Assembly (NCBI GenBank): GCA_946965045.2
Contig: OX337231.1
Coordinates: forward strand, 806,001 to 870,000
Length of the DNA: 64,000 nucleotides
Direction: 5' to 3'
DNA from: Epithemia pelagica
Lineage: Eukaryota; Protista; Bacillariophyta
Both the position numbers and the translations under genes were made by a program. Shown in pieces: positions 9,289 through 19,470 of the stretch. Each line of letters starts with the position of its first letter. Position 1 is the stretch's first letter. The notes below the pieces were generated by a model, which worked only from the letters and a program-made list of their open reading frames with translations, did not search any database and was not told the origin of the DNA.

Positions 9289-10488
9289 ATGGTGTACCTG
9301 TCATTCCCGAGCGTGTTCCTCCTACTAGTTTGTTGTGGTGGGATTGGATGGAGAAGTACGGTTGCTGTGGATGCCAGCGGCGATGCTTCCCTTTCTTTAT
9401 GGCGGCGGCACCCAAACAAACTTTGGCAACCACAACCACTACAGGTTCGACGCTCCCGGCAACGGTGGGTCGCAACGGTCACTCAGGACTGCAGCATTCC
9501 TAGGAGAAGAATGTTACTACGAAGACACGGTTGTCAAGAAAAACAGAAACCAAACGAAGGATCATCTTTTGCTATGGAGAACGTTGATGCTTGTCCGAGT
9601 CTTACGATATCAGCAACAGTGGGGCCCCAAAAGTCTATGTTGTCTTCTTCATTGTCGTCGTCTTTGATTAGCTCTGTGTGCTCGTTGCGAGGAGGTGGCC
9701 CTCCGGACGGAGAAGTATCGGCCTTGGTCGATGATGCTTATGCCTGGTGTATGAATTTGGGACAACCCAGTGCCTTGATTGCCGGTGCTGTGATTGCGAC
9801 AATCTACGAAAACATTGGCAACGGAGATTTGGATATCTTGCCACAAGATTCACCCTTTACCAAATTCAAAAAGCGACTGACGAGCAGTCTCTTGATATCG
9901 GCCTTTGGGTTGGAAATCATTGCCATTTTTGTCACCACTGTGACGGGCACCATGTTGCTCAGTCGTCCCTTGCACGATATGGATCATGTCGTACCGGTGG
10001 GTCCCCATACGACACCCTTGGCCTTTTTACGAGAAAACTTTGAGTTTGAATACCTTACCGCCCGTGTGGCCTACTTGCAAGGACTCTTGAATTGGCTGGC
10101 TGCCATTGCCGTGGGTCATATCATTCCTCGAAGTGGAGAATCCAAAGAAACCAAACAAATGAACCGATTCATTAGCAGTGCCTTGTTTTGTACCATTGCT
10201 CTCATGATGGCCTTTTACAACAAACACATGTCCTTCTACAAGAACTACTACGAAATGCTGGAACATTGGGTGACGGTCATTGCTCGACGCTTTTTCTTTT
10301 GCTGGCCGCCACGAGTCATGGGAATTGTCTACATTCCAGCAGTACTCTCAACCGTTTATTGGGGATACAGGGGATGTCTCACTAGTAGTCACCACCGAAC
10401 ACCAAAACAGAAAACACCGCCACCCGAGGTGGACGAGGAGGGTTCCCCCGAACGGAAGAAGAATATCAAAGGGGGCAAGTTTATTTAG
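9289..10488 (+). CDS. Uncharacterised multi-pass membrane protein with a probable signal peptide
   Basis: ATG 9289 gives a hydrophobic N-terminus (MVYLSFPSVFLLLVCC), an LRGG motif, and several hydrophobic helices in the C-terminal half. No family recognised. Confidence 0.65.
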   Translation: MVYLSFPSVFLLLVCCGGIGWRSTVAVDASGDASLSLWRRHPNKLWQPQPLQVRRSRQRWVATVTQDCSIPRRRMLLRRHGCQEKQKPNEGSSFAMENVDACPSLTISATVGPQKSMLSSSLSSSLISSVCSLRGGGPPDGEVSALVDDAYAWCMNLGQPSALIAGAVIATIYENIGNGDLDILPQDSPFTKFKKRLTSSLLISAFGLEIIAIFVTTVTGTMLLSRPLHDMDHVVPVGPHTTPLAFLRENFEFEYLTARVAYLQGLLNWLAAIAVGHIIPRSGESKETKQMNRFISSALFCTIALMMAFYNKHMSFYKNYYEMLEHWVTVIARRFFFCWPPRVMGIVYIPAVLSTVYWGYRGCLTSSHHRTPKQKTPPPEVDEEGSPERKKNIKGGKFI

Positions 10489-11471
10489 CAGCATACCTCT
10501 ACTGGGGTCAACGACTTGCTCTTCCAAAACGCTTGTTCCAGAACATTGATCTCGTCAGCAAATCAATCGATCACCAATTGGCATCCTTCGAGCAGCCAAC
10601 AGCAAGGGTGCTTGAGAGAACCACTTTGCAAACACAAGTCTGCAAAGTACGCTGTACGCTACACGACGGAAGGAGCTCGGCTGACAGTACTCTCCTGTAA
10701 ATTATTTTGTGTTTTGTTGTTGTCGTTACACTGTACCTTCGTTACGACTTGAGGTGTGATCTCATTCAGGGTCGAAACCATTGTCGACTAGGTAAGAACC
10801 GTTTTCCTTTTCCTCCAGCTCTGGAAGCTTTTTCTCGGTGGGTGATTTTCATCGTTCCAGAGGGACACTGTAGGTTACAGAGACAGTTCATGTTCGAGTA
10901 TGGACGAACACGACTCCTCCCCACAAAATCCGATTTGTGTGTGCGAAAGAACAAATGCAGCATAGCCGAGGAAACACCGACGGTTTAGCGTCTCACACAC
11001 AATCAAGGCATGGTCTCAGTCAGTAGAGTGATGTTGCGCACTTTACGGATACGACGTACTGGCCCCAGAGCTCGTCGGGTCCTTCTAAACCTTTTGGAAC
11101 CTGACCTTACCGAGGAGGTTGATGGAAAAAAGATATTCCAAAAAATCTTTGTCGGGCGACTTGTCCACAAAGCGAACTCGTGACTGGGGTTTTTGCGCGA
11201 CCGAAGGGAAGATTCGGGTGACACGGAACGCGAACCCAAGCCCCTCTGCAAGATGTACGCTCAAGGTGAAGGCGAATATCATTCCCAACAAAAGGAGACA
11301 CACTCTCTCTCGACAGCAATCCCAGCAACGGAGAAAGCATCTCTTCTTCCTCCCACAAGATTACAGCAGCAAGTCCTCATTATAATATCAGCTTAAACTC
11401 CAACAAAGAACAGATCAAGCAAGCATTGACACGGATTCGATACAGTATTGTCACTTACCAAAAGAGATACC

Positions 11472-11867
11472 ATGGGAAGCAGTACATCCAAGTTGACACC
11501 TGAAGAAAAGGCGGCCGAAGAGGCCAAGCATGCCCAAATTGCCGTCTTGAAGACGTCATTGATGGCCAAAGTGGAGCAACATGAAGAGGAATTACATGCC
11601 ATGGACGAAGAACAAAAGCACTTGGCCGTCTTTAAGGACGAGCTTTTGTCGACCGTAGACGAACATATACAAGAACATGCCAAGATGGAAGCCGAGCAAG
11701 CCCAACTCGCCGTCTTCAAAAAGGAACTTCTCGAAAAGGTTCATGAGCACATGGATGAACTCCATCGAGCCGAAGATAAGGCCAAACTAGTGTCGTCCTT
11801 CAAGGATGAAATGGGACGAAAGGTGGATGAACATTTGGAAAAAGTGGGCTTGCCTCCTAGCAAATAG
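11472..11867 (+). CDS. Small 28-aa-repeat helical protein, putatively N-myristoylated (131 aa)
   Basis: Starts MGSSTSK and contains four 28-residue repeats (F/L-K-x-E/S-L/M-x-x-K/T-V-x-x-H). Paralogous to 12535-13284. Confidence 0.8.
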   Translation: MGSSTSKLTPEEKAAEEAKHAQIAVLKTSLMAKVEQHEEELHAMDEEQKHLAVFKDELLSTVDEHIQEHAKMEAEQAQLAVFKKELLEKVHEHMDELHRAEDKAKLVSSFKDEMGRKVDEHLEKVGLPPSK

Positions 11868-12534
11868 AAAGGTATACATCTCCGCAGTCGCTATGAAGGC
11901 TACGGAGACACATTTCAGGATAAAAGTGTAGTGTTTCTTGTTTATTCGTCTCCTTTATTTCTATCCATTCTCTTGTTACATGGTTGTACTTTGAAGACGT
12001 CTGACTACCGGCTTCGAACACGAAACTACTTGCGATTTTTTATGTTCATTTTAATGCTTGTTTCGAAACTTGGCTAATCCGAATGCGATGGCGATTCAAC
12101 GTCTCAAACGACATGGTCGTAGACAAATCTTGTGAGCATGGCTGCGCGCACTACGGCAGTTGTTGATCTCTCTCTATAGAGATCTTTCTCTACACGGACA
12201 CGCGTACGACCAAACAAACGGAAGCACATTCACGCGATTTGTCGCATGGGGAAGCCTTACCGTTGACATGAATCTGCCGTCGTATCTCCTTCTTGTTGTT
12301 GTTGTCACGTCACTTTGTTCTTGTTACGTTGTGCGACTGACATGCAACCAAGGGCCCAAAACCGGCGAGCAAGGCGTAATAAATCCTTGAGCTTGAGTTA
12401 TGCCCCAAGTTCCGGACAAGACATGTTCTTCTTGCGCCTTTCTTGGCTCACAAAATCCACCCACTTGTTGTCTCTTGACCAAAAGGGGAAAAGAAAGCTT
12501 CGATTGTCATATTGAAACAAAAAAAAAGTTCAAG

Positions 12535-13284
12535 ATGGGCCAGACCACAACCAAAGACATGACGTTTCACCAAGTGTCAATAGCCGAGGCGAAGCAGGCA
12601 CAGATTGCTCTTTTGAAGGCATCCCTGTTGGCCAAGGTGGAGCAACATGAAGAGCAGTTGCGTCAAATGGACAAAGAACAAAAACACTTGGCTGTATTCA
12701 AAGATGAACTTTTGACGACCGTCGATGAGCACATCAAAGAGCATGCGAACCGAAAAGCCGAGCAAACTCAATTGGCCAAGTTCAAACTCGAACTCATGGC
12801 AAAAGTCCATCAACACTTGGCGGAACTGCATCGTGCCGAGGACAAGGCCACCCAAGTTTCACTGTTCAAGGAAGAAATGATCAAACGGGTCGATGTACAC
12901 TTGGAGCAAGGTGCCGCAAAGTTGACACCGGAACAAGAAGCCAAGCATTCCCAGACTGCCTTGCTTAAAACGTCGCTCTTGGCCAAGGTAGAACAACATG
13001 AGGAGCGATTGCGTCAAATGGACCACGAGCAAGCGCATTTGGCAATCTTTAAAGAGGAACTCCTGGCAACTGTCGATGAGCATACCAAAGCTTACTCAAG
13101 GATGGAAAAAGAGCAAGCCCAGTTGGCCACCTTCAAGTCAGAACTCATGAGCAAAGTGCATGAACACATGAATGAGTTGCATCGCGCCGAAGACAAAGCT
13201 AATCAAGTGGCCACGTTCAAGGATGAAATGATCCAAAAAGTTGATGGTCATCTGGGCAAGCTTGCGTTACCACTTGAACAGTAG
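12535..13284 (+). CDS. 28-aa-repeat helical protein with two 117-aa units, putatively N-myristoylated (249 aa)
   Basis: Starts MGQTTTK and has an internal 351-bp duplication (12607 vs 12958). Each unit is homologous to the 11472 protein. Confidence 0.8.
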   Translation: MGQTTTKDMTFHQVSIAEAKQAQIALLKASLLAKVEQHEEQLRQMDKEQKHLAVFKDELLTTVDEHIKEHANRKAEQTQLAKFKLELMAKVHQHLAELHRAEDKATQVSLFKEEMIKRVDVHLEQGAAKLTPEQEAKHSQTALLKTSLLAKVEQHEERLRQMDHEQAHLAIFKEELLATVDEHTKAYSRMEKEQAQLATFKSELMSKVHEHMNELHRAEDKANQVATFKDEMIQKVDGHLGKLALPLEQ

Positions 13285-13406
13285 GATATGGCCGTTCAGA
13301 ATGTTTTGTTTGTAGTGAGTAGCTTGATAGTTTATGCAGCTTTTGGATTGTGGTCAAAGATTGGCAAAAATCGTATCTTTCGTGAGATCCATACGAATGG
13401 TACGTT

Positions 13407-16366
13407 CTAATCGTCGTATTCAACACTCGGGATCAAGTAGCCGTAGTATTGATAGGAGAGAGCAATGGATGCCAAACTTAGGCCTACCATCATCCCAAAG
13501 ATACGGTTCAACACAAACTCCATTCCCCCATGGGCTCCAAATGCAGTCAGCAACACATCGGATAACGCCCGCCCTAACGTCCCTGCTTCTGTAGCTAGCA
13601 GCCCCACATTGAAGAACCCATCACTCCATGACCTGGGAATAGTTTTGGACAAAAGGCTCATGTTCGGACCTTCCAACGCACTGGTACTGACAAACAACAC
13701 AATCGATGCCACAACATACTGAATTACAGAATATGATGTGGAATTTTTGTCTTCTCCTTCGTTGTCGCTTCCCTCAAACAGGGCGTGATAATTCAATACT
13801 GCGACACAGCCAACAAACATGCAGATTTGAATTGCCAAAACTAGTTCTCGATCGTCGTAGTACGAGGACAAGTAACCCACCAACCAGTTGGCCGGTAACA
13901 GCAACAATCCCAAAATTGACAAATAGAATCCAATCAGTTTGCCAGTCCAATCAAAGTAGAAGGAACTAATCATGGGAGTGGAACTCAGCGTTGCTTCCAA
14001 AACCTGCCAAAGGACGACGGCATAGAACGACAAGGCGGTGAATAAGGACGAACAACACAAAATGCATTGGGTTTGATGCCCAAACTTACCAGTTTCAACA
14101 CAAAATAGACAGTAATGATTACCACAACGGCAACGTATTCCGACAAGCAGGCCATAATTTTGGGATACACCGAAAACATTGTCATTTCGCTTGTGGTGCT
14201 TTCCTGCGCGAGATAACCAGGACGTCCTCCAATTTTCAAAACCACTGGATTTCGATCATGATGGGGTCGTTGTCGCTCCTCTTCCTCTGGTGCTTCGTTT
14301 TTTGGTATTTCGACTTTGGTTGTTTTGGATCGTCGTCGGGGAGGATCCTGAAACAACCACAAGAGTGCAATCAAGTACATGGTCCACAACACAAACATGA
14401 TCCAACCAGGTGCATTCTCCACTTGCCAAACCAGATTCGTCGTATCCTCCTGTTCCTCCACCATGTTATCATTCTCTGTCAGTAAGACTGGAGTTGGTTC
14501 TTTGTTCACCGTAAACTCCAAGAGTGCCGCAACCGCAGGTCCCGTTGACATGCCTAGAGATCCAGCGGTGACAAAGGCCGCCGATGCGGCAGTACGGTGG
14601 CGACGACTGTAGCTGTCGGCAATGTACCGTCGATTGATGCTACGAGCAGACCCAAATCCGTTCAATAAGCGCCCCACTAAGACCAAGGTCCAGCTCTGAA
14701 AGGGAAGACCTGCGGCATAACACGCATTTCCGGCAATACTGCAGATGGAGGCAAAGGCTAAGGCAGCCTTGTAACTATACGACGTCCACCATGAATACAA
14801 CAAGGTTGAGGCCAATGCGGCCACTGGTGTCATGCCAATAATCAAACCTGCTTGGGAAGCTTCACCGCCCAACTTTTCCGCATATCGGTTGGAAGCCGGT
14901 GCAACAATGTAATAATTCGCCATGTATAAAAATGTAGACAAGAGATTGAGGAAATTGGAAATGGATTGCGTTCTTTGTTGTCGTGCTTTGGCTGGATCCT
15001 CTTCGCCTTCCGTGTCGACCCGTTCCGTTTCGTCGTCGTACTCCTCCTCGTCTTCCTGCGCGGGTCCGGCGTCCAACAAAAAGGGTGCGGCCAACATTTG
15101 AACAAAATCTGATGTTTCCTGAAGACGAGATCGAGCCGCTTTGATATGCAGCAGAACAAGTTTGGGCGATTTACCCACCAAGTATTGGTTGTGATCATCT
15201 TCTTCATCCGGTGAGACCAAGGGAACCAACAAGGAGGTTGAGGATGGAGGAGGAAGGGTATGGACACCCGAAGATGTCGTAGGCGAAGGAGAACGGCGAG
15301 CTTGTAGAGTAGACGTCGTTGGAACGGTGTACACTTGGGATACTGGTGCCGGTTGTTGTGTCTGAAGATCGGTTTGCGAACTCCAGGGCGAAGTTTTGGG
15401 ACTGCTTTGACGCAACAATGGTGTTGTTTCAACACTACTAGCACTTCGAATTGTCATGGAAATTGGAGGTTCTGGTTCCATTGAAGGTTGAGAAACAAGG
15501 TTCTCATCATTGGATGCAGAAGCCGTTGATGCGGGCAATGCCATTCGGACGGTCGTGGTATGCGGAGAGGGGGGAGCCTGTACTTCCAAGACAGTGTCCA
15601 GCTTGACGTCATGAAGTAGTTTCCGTCGTTCCCTACAAAACAGGGTCCATTCTTGCCACGATGTTTCGAATATTTTGATGAGCGCATCCAAGGAATCATT
15701 GCTCAACAAGGGTGCCAAGAGTGTCGTTCGTTTGCCCAAATACAAGGAACTCAAGTGAGTATGACAGAGTTTGTCGTGTTTCTTTAATATTTTCCGAATG
15801 CCCGTCATGTTCAAGTCCACATATTGTATCAGACGTAACAAATGAAGAGCCACACGGCTGTATTTTTGATACAAGAGGTCTTCTTCATTGGATTCACTGT
15901 CCGAAGGAGGGCGATTCGCGCTGGACATCCAAAAGGATGAGTCTTGGCGTTGTAGCATGGCTTGATCTTGCCGACAACTTTCAAGTTCGGCAGCAACCTT
16001 GGCTTGCTGTTGCAAAAAGAAGAAGAGAATCCGTTCCACTTCTTCATTCAAGCATGTGATGAAACTCGGCAAACCTTGCAAACTCCATTGCGTCATGGAC
16101 ACGGCCGATAAACTCGAATTGCTCACATTCCGTGAAGCAGCTTGAGACAGACCTGCTGTCGATGCCGTTGTATTGTTCCAATGGCAGGAATTCCACTCTC
16201 CTGCCGCCGTAGGAGTTGATGCATTGTGATTGTCGAGGTGACTTTGCAGCCGATTCAACCACATATCCGTGTCCTCCTTGAGTAATGCCTTGAGCTGCGC
16301 ATAGTCCAGGTAATGAGCCGCCCATGGCTGATATCGTGCATTCAGGAGTTTGGCTCCAAAGTGCAT
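13407..16366 (-). CDS. SPX-MFS vacuolar phosphate transporter (VPT/PHT5-like), ~957 aa, one intron 14004-14089
   Basis: SPX start MHFGAKL...YLDYAQLKALL and NMTGIRKILKKHDK, followed by two MFS halves. A GTAAGT...CAG 86-bp intron joins ...VLKL|VLEATL... in frame. Confidence 0.92.
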
Positions 16367-16439
16367 TCTCGTTGCAGTCCAAGAATGTCATCCAACAGAA
16401 GCGGGAGCAGTGTAGGAAAACGCCGATATAAAGATGAGA

Positions 16440-16619
16440 CGGTGTCTGTCGTGCGTACGTTGGAGCGGGGCAGTTGATCGCACATAGACTACGACAAGCC
16501 CCACCGGACTTGGACATCTCTGATGCGATGTCCATGCTCACAATTCTTGAGATTGCGAGCATTGCAACTGCCATCTTGAGAGGTCTACACAGAGATAGAT
16601 AGACTAAGACAATCGAAAA
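16440..16619 (+). repeat. Ngaro terminal repeat A1 (180 bp)
   Basis: 179/180 identical to A2; the single difference is GGACTTGG vs GGACTCGG. Confidence 0.97.
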
Positions 16620-16635
16620 CAACTTTGTATCTACG

Positions 16636-19470
16636 ATGACTGTTACTACTGCCTTTGACGACGAGATGTTTTCCAACATGGAAGACACGGTTTCTCCTTC
16701 TGATTCTGGTGGTACTGAGGGCAACGGGACTGCCACCTTGGCTCAGTTTATCTCTCAGCCTTCCCAGCCCAAATCCCATTACGGTACGAACGATGATGAT
16801 GATTTGTTGAGTCTTGATGGTAACCCTCCTTCTGTCGAAGACTCTGGCCACGGTCGTCGTCGCACTCGTTCGAACAGTTCCGGAAGTCATGAGTCCCGTT
16901 CGTCTAAGAGTACGAAGCTGTCGAAGAAAGCGGTGAAACCTTCTCCGAATCCCGATCAGGATGATGAAGGTACTACCCCAGCGAACTACACCTCCAAGAA
17001 ATCTTCTAAGTCTTCCAGCGCCTTGACCCAGAAGAAGATTTCGAAGAAGGATCTGGTTTCGTCTCCGAATCGCCAGCACCCCCAGCGCGGATCTGACGAC
17101 AACGCCAAGACGCCGACTTCCCCGTCCCGTCCTTCAGATCTTTTCCGCCTCCCTATCCCGTTTTCTCAAGAACATCTTGATAAGATCGACTCCATGGTTC
17201 CAGTGGATTGGTCCGACGCCTTTGTATCCCCTTTTCACCGCTCTTTGGACAAGTTCCCCAACTCGTGGACTGAGTTTTGTGAGAAGTTTGATACCGTCTC
17301 ATCTGCTGAGAAACTCCAACGCTTTCTCACTGGCGACTTGGGCTCTACTCCCCTTGCCTTTTTGGGAGTTGATCGTCGCGGCAAGATTCGTATCATCCAC
17401 AACTTGATCGTCGCTCCGAATACGGGTAACTTCGTCAATCCCGATCCGATCTTTCTCGGTCTCTCCCAGCATGATTTTGGATCTCCCCCCATTTGGATCG
17501 ACCCTGAGGACGTGGATTCACTCCTTTTGACAGTTGAATATTCCGATGTCCCTACAGCCCATGAGATCTTCAAGTTTTGTTGCATTGATGAGAATGCCGC
17601 GTCAGCATCCAAGTCCCGCGCCAAGAACGTTCTTCCTTCTTTAAAGCTCGACTTACTACGCTTTGGTAACCTCAAGAAACCGACGATGGATAAGGATGAA
17701 GCAGCAACTACCTTTTCTCTCAAGGGTTTGTTCCCTCTCCATCCTTCCATCTCAGGTTTATTGTTGGATCACTTTGGTTCCCAAGATTTTAGCTCTTCTC
17801 GCTGCACTGCACCCTTTCTGGCCTCTCTCATCTTCAAGTTTCTTAACGAGCGTTGGATGATTTCGACCCCTCAAGAGCTCCAGATGAAATGCACTTCATT
17901 TCCGATGTATCATGAGTTGATTAAGTGCAGCCACGAATTGTTCCGGTTCTTATGGTTTGCCCATCATATGCACTCCCGCACTGAACCGATTGCCATCGAA
18001 GTCCCACCTAACTGTACCGAAGCTTTGACAACCTTTGAAGCTTACACGACAAAATTGTTTCCTTCCTTGAAGGCATCAATTCCGAATAGTCCATCACAAG
18101 ATCCTTTGCCACCGACCAACCCCAACGTCCCAGTTGCTCCCCCTGTTGGTCCACCTCCGAATTTTTCTCCTTTCCAGCAGCAAAATTCGAGCAACGGAGT
18201 TTCAGCCGATACCATTTATATGACTGAGAAGTTGTCCGAGAATTTTTCCGACGCGATCGCAAAGCATACCTCCAAGATTACCCGTGAGAAAGAAGACGAG
18301 AAGAAAGAAATCTTCAAACATACTACTCACCTCCGTAATGCGATTGTTTTCGGCCAAGTCGGACCTTCGACTGCCGAATTACCTTCTTCTCCGTCTGAGA
18401 TTGCGACCGAACTGTTTCATCAAAAGAGTACGCACACCTTATATTCGACGATTCATGCTCGAGTCTTCCGGAAGTCAGACAATGCGTGCTACATCCTTTT
18501 TGGTCAGTGTGGCGTATTGCAAAAGTTTGGCTTGCGTTGGCGAGGAAACGACCACCCCAGTGGTTTTTCTCCATTCTCTTTTGACCCTTATTGCTGCTCT
18601 GGACCGGATTCGCACCTTGCCCTCGATCACGACATCCAGCATGCAATCTATGAGAGTTCTTTGCGGAGTGACAACGGACTGTCGACGAAAGATATGAGAG
18701 ACATCTTCGTCAATGAAAAGCTGTTTTGCCCACTTACCTGCGATGAATATCAAACTCAACTTCGTTCCTTCTACCTTTTTGCCTGTGCAATCTGGAACAA
18801 CGAGTGTTTTGTTGCGTTGCAGCTCCACAAGATGGTACAGCACTTGCTTTCTAATCGATACATCTACCGAAGCAGTCAAGCCGTGGACCCGACGTTTTTA
18901 TGCCGCGTCCTTTTCTCGATCGATTTCGCCATCCAACGCTTTATCGATACATACCTTGAGGATGCCAAGTGTGTCGAAGACATTCGCAGCGACCGTTTGG
19001 ACTTCCACATAAACAAGTTATGCGACAAGATCGAATCAAAAGAAGACATCTGCAAGATGCTTCCAAAATTCATCGAGTCTGCTATCAGAGCCAAAGCAAG
19101 AGGACAAAATGAACCCCACAAGAACCCTTCGACGAATTCTTCCTCAAATCCACACAAACGCAAGGCCTCAGTTGATCCCAGTTCCCCTGCCCCAACGATT
19201 GTTCGCTTTGACTCCCCGTCTGATTGGTGCATCCCGACTGAACTCCAGTATTCTCGAGTTTTCTCACGTTCCGTCCTTGAGAAGATCCCTCATATGACAG
19301 CAGAAGGCGTCGACCGTCCATTTTGTAACAAGCTTTTCATCTTGAAATATTGTCGGAATGGTAACCAATGCCCTTTTAGCCACGCGGATCCTCGAGAGCA
19401 TGGAAAGGGTGCAGCAATGTCTTCCTTTTACAAAAAAGCTTTTGCGGATGCGAAGAAGAGCAACACTTGA
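16636..19470 (+). CDS. Ngaro ORF1, gag-like protein (944 aa) with a C-terminal Cys/His zinc finger
   Basis: First ORF after A1; Ser-rich disordered N-terminus; FCNKLFILKYCRNGNQCPFSH near the C-terminus. Confidence 0.8.
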   Translation: MTVTTAFDDEMFSNMEDTVSPSDSGGTEGNGTATLAQFISQPSQPKSHYGTNDDDDLLSLDGNPPSVEDSGHGRRRTRSNSSGSHESRSSKSTKLSKKAVKPSPNPDQDDEGTTPANYTSKKSSKSSSALTQKKISKKDLVSSPNRQHPQRGSDDNAKTPTSPSRPSDLFRLPIPFSQEHLDKIDSMVPVDWSDAFVSPFHRSLDKFPNSWTEFCEKFDTVSSAEKLQRFLTGDLGSTPLAFLGVDRRGKIRIIHNLIVAPNTGNFVNPDPIFLGLSQHDFGSPPIWIDPEDVDSLLLTVEYSDVPTAHEIFKFCCIDENAASASKSRAKNVLPSLKLDLLRFGNLKKPTMDKDEAATTFSLKGLFPLHPSISGLLLDHFGSQDFSSSRCTAPFLASLIFKFLNERWMISTPQELQMKCTSFPMYHELIKCSHELFRFLWFAHHMHSRTEPIAIEVPPNCTEALTTFEAYTTKLFPSLKASIPNSPSQDPLPPTNPNVPVAPPVGPPPNFSPFQQQNSSNGVSADTIYMTEKLSENFSDAIAKHTSKITREKEDEKKEIFKHTTHLRNAIVFGQVGPSTAELPSSPSEIATELFHQKSTHTLYSTIHARVFRKSDNACYILFGQCGVLQKFGLRWRGNDHPSGFSPFSFDPYCCSGPDSHLALDHDIQHAIYESSLRSDNGLSTKDMRDIFVNEKLFCPLTCDEYQTQLRSFYLFACAIWNNECFVALQLHKMVQHLLSNRYIYRSSQAVDPTFLCRVLFSIDFAIQRFIDTYLEDAKCVEDIRSDRLDFHINKLCDKIESKEDICKMLPKFIESAIRAKARGQNEPHKNPSTNSSSNPHKRKASVDPSSPAPTIVRFDSPSDWCIPTELQYSRVFSRSVLEKIPHMTAEGVDRPFCNKLFILKYCRNGNQCPFSHADPREHGKGAAMSSFYKKAFADAKKSNT

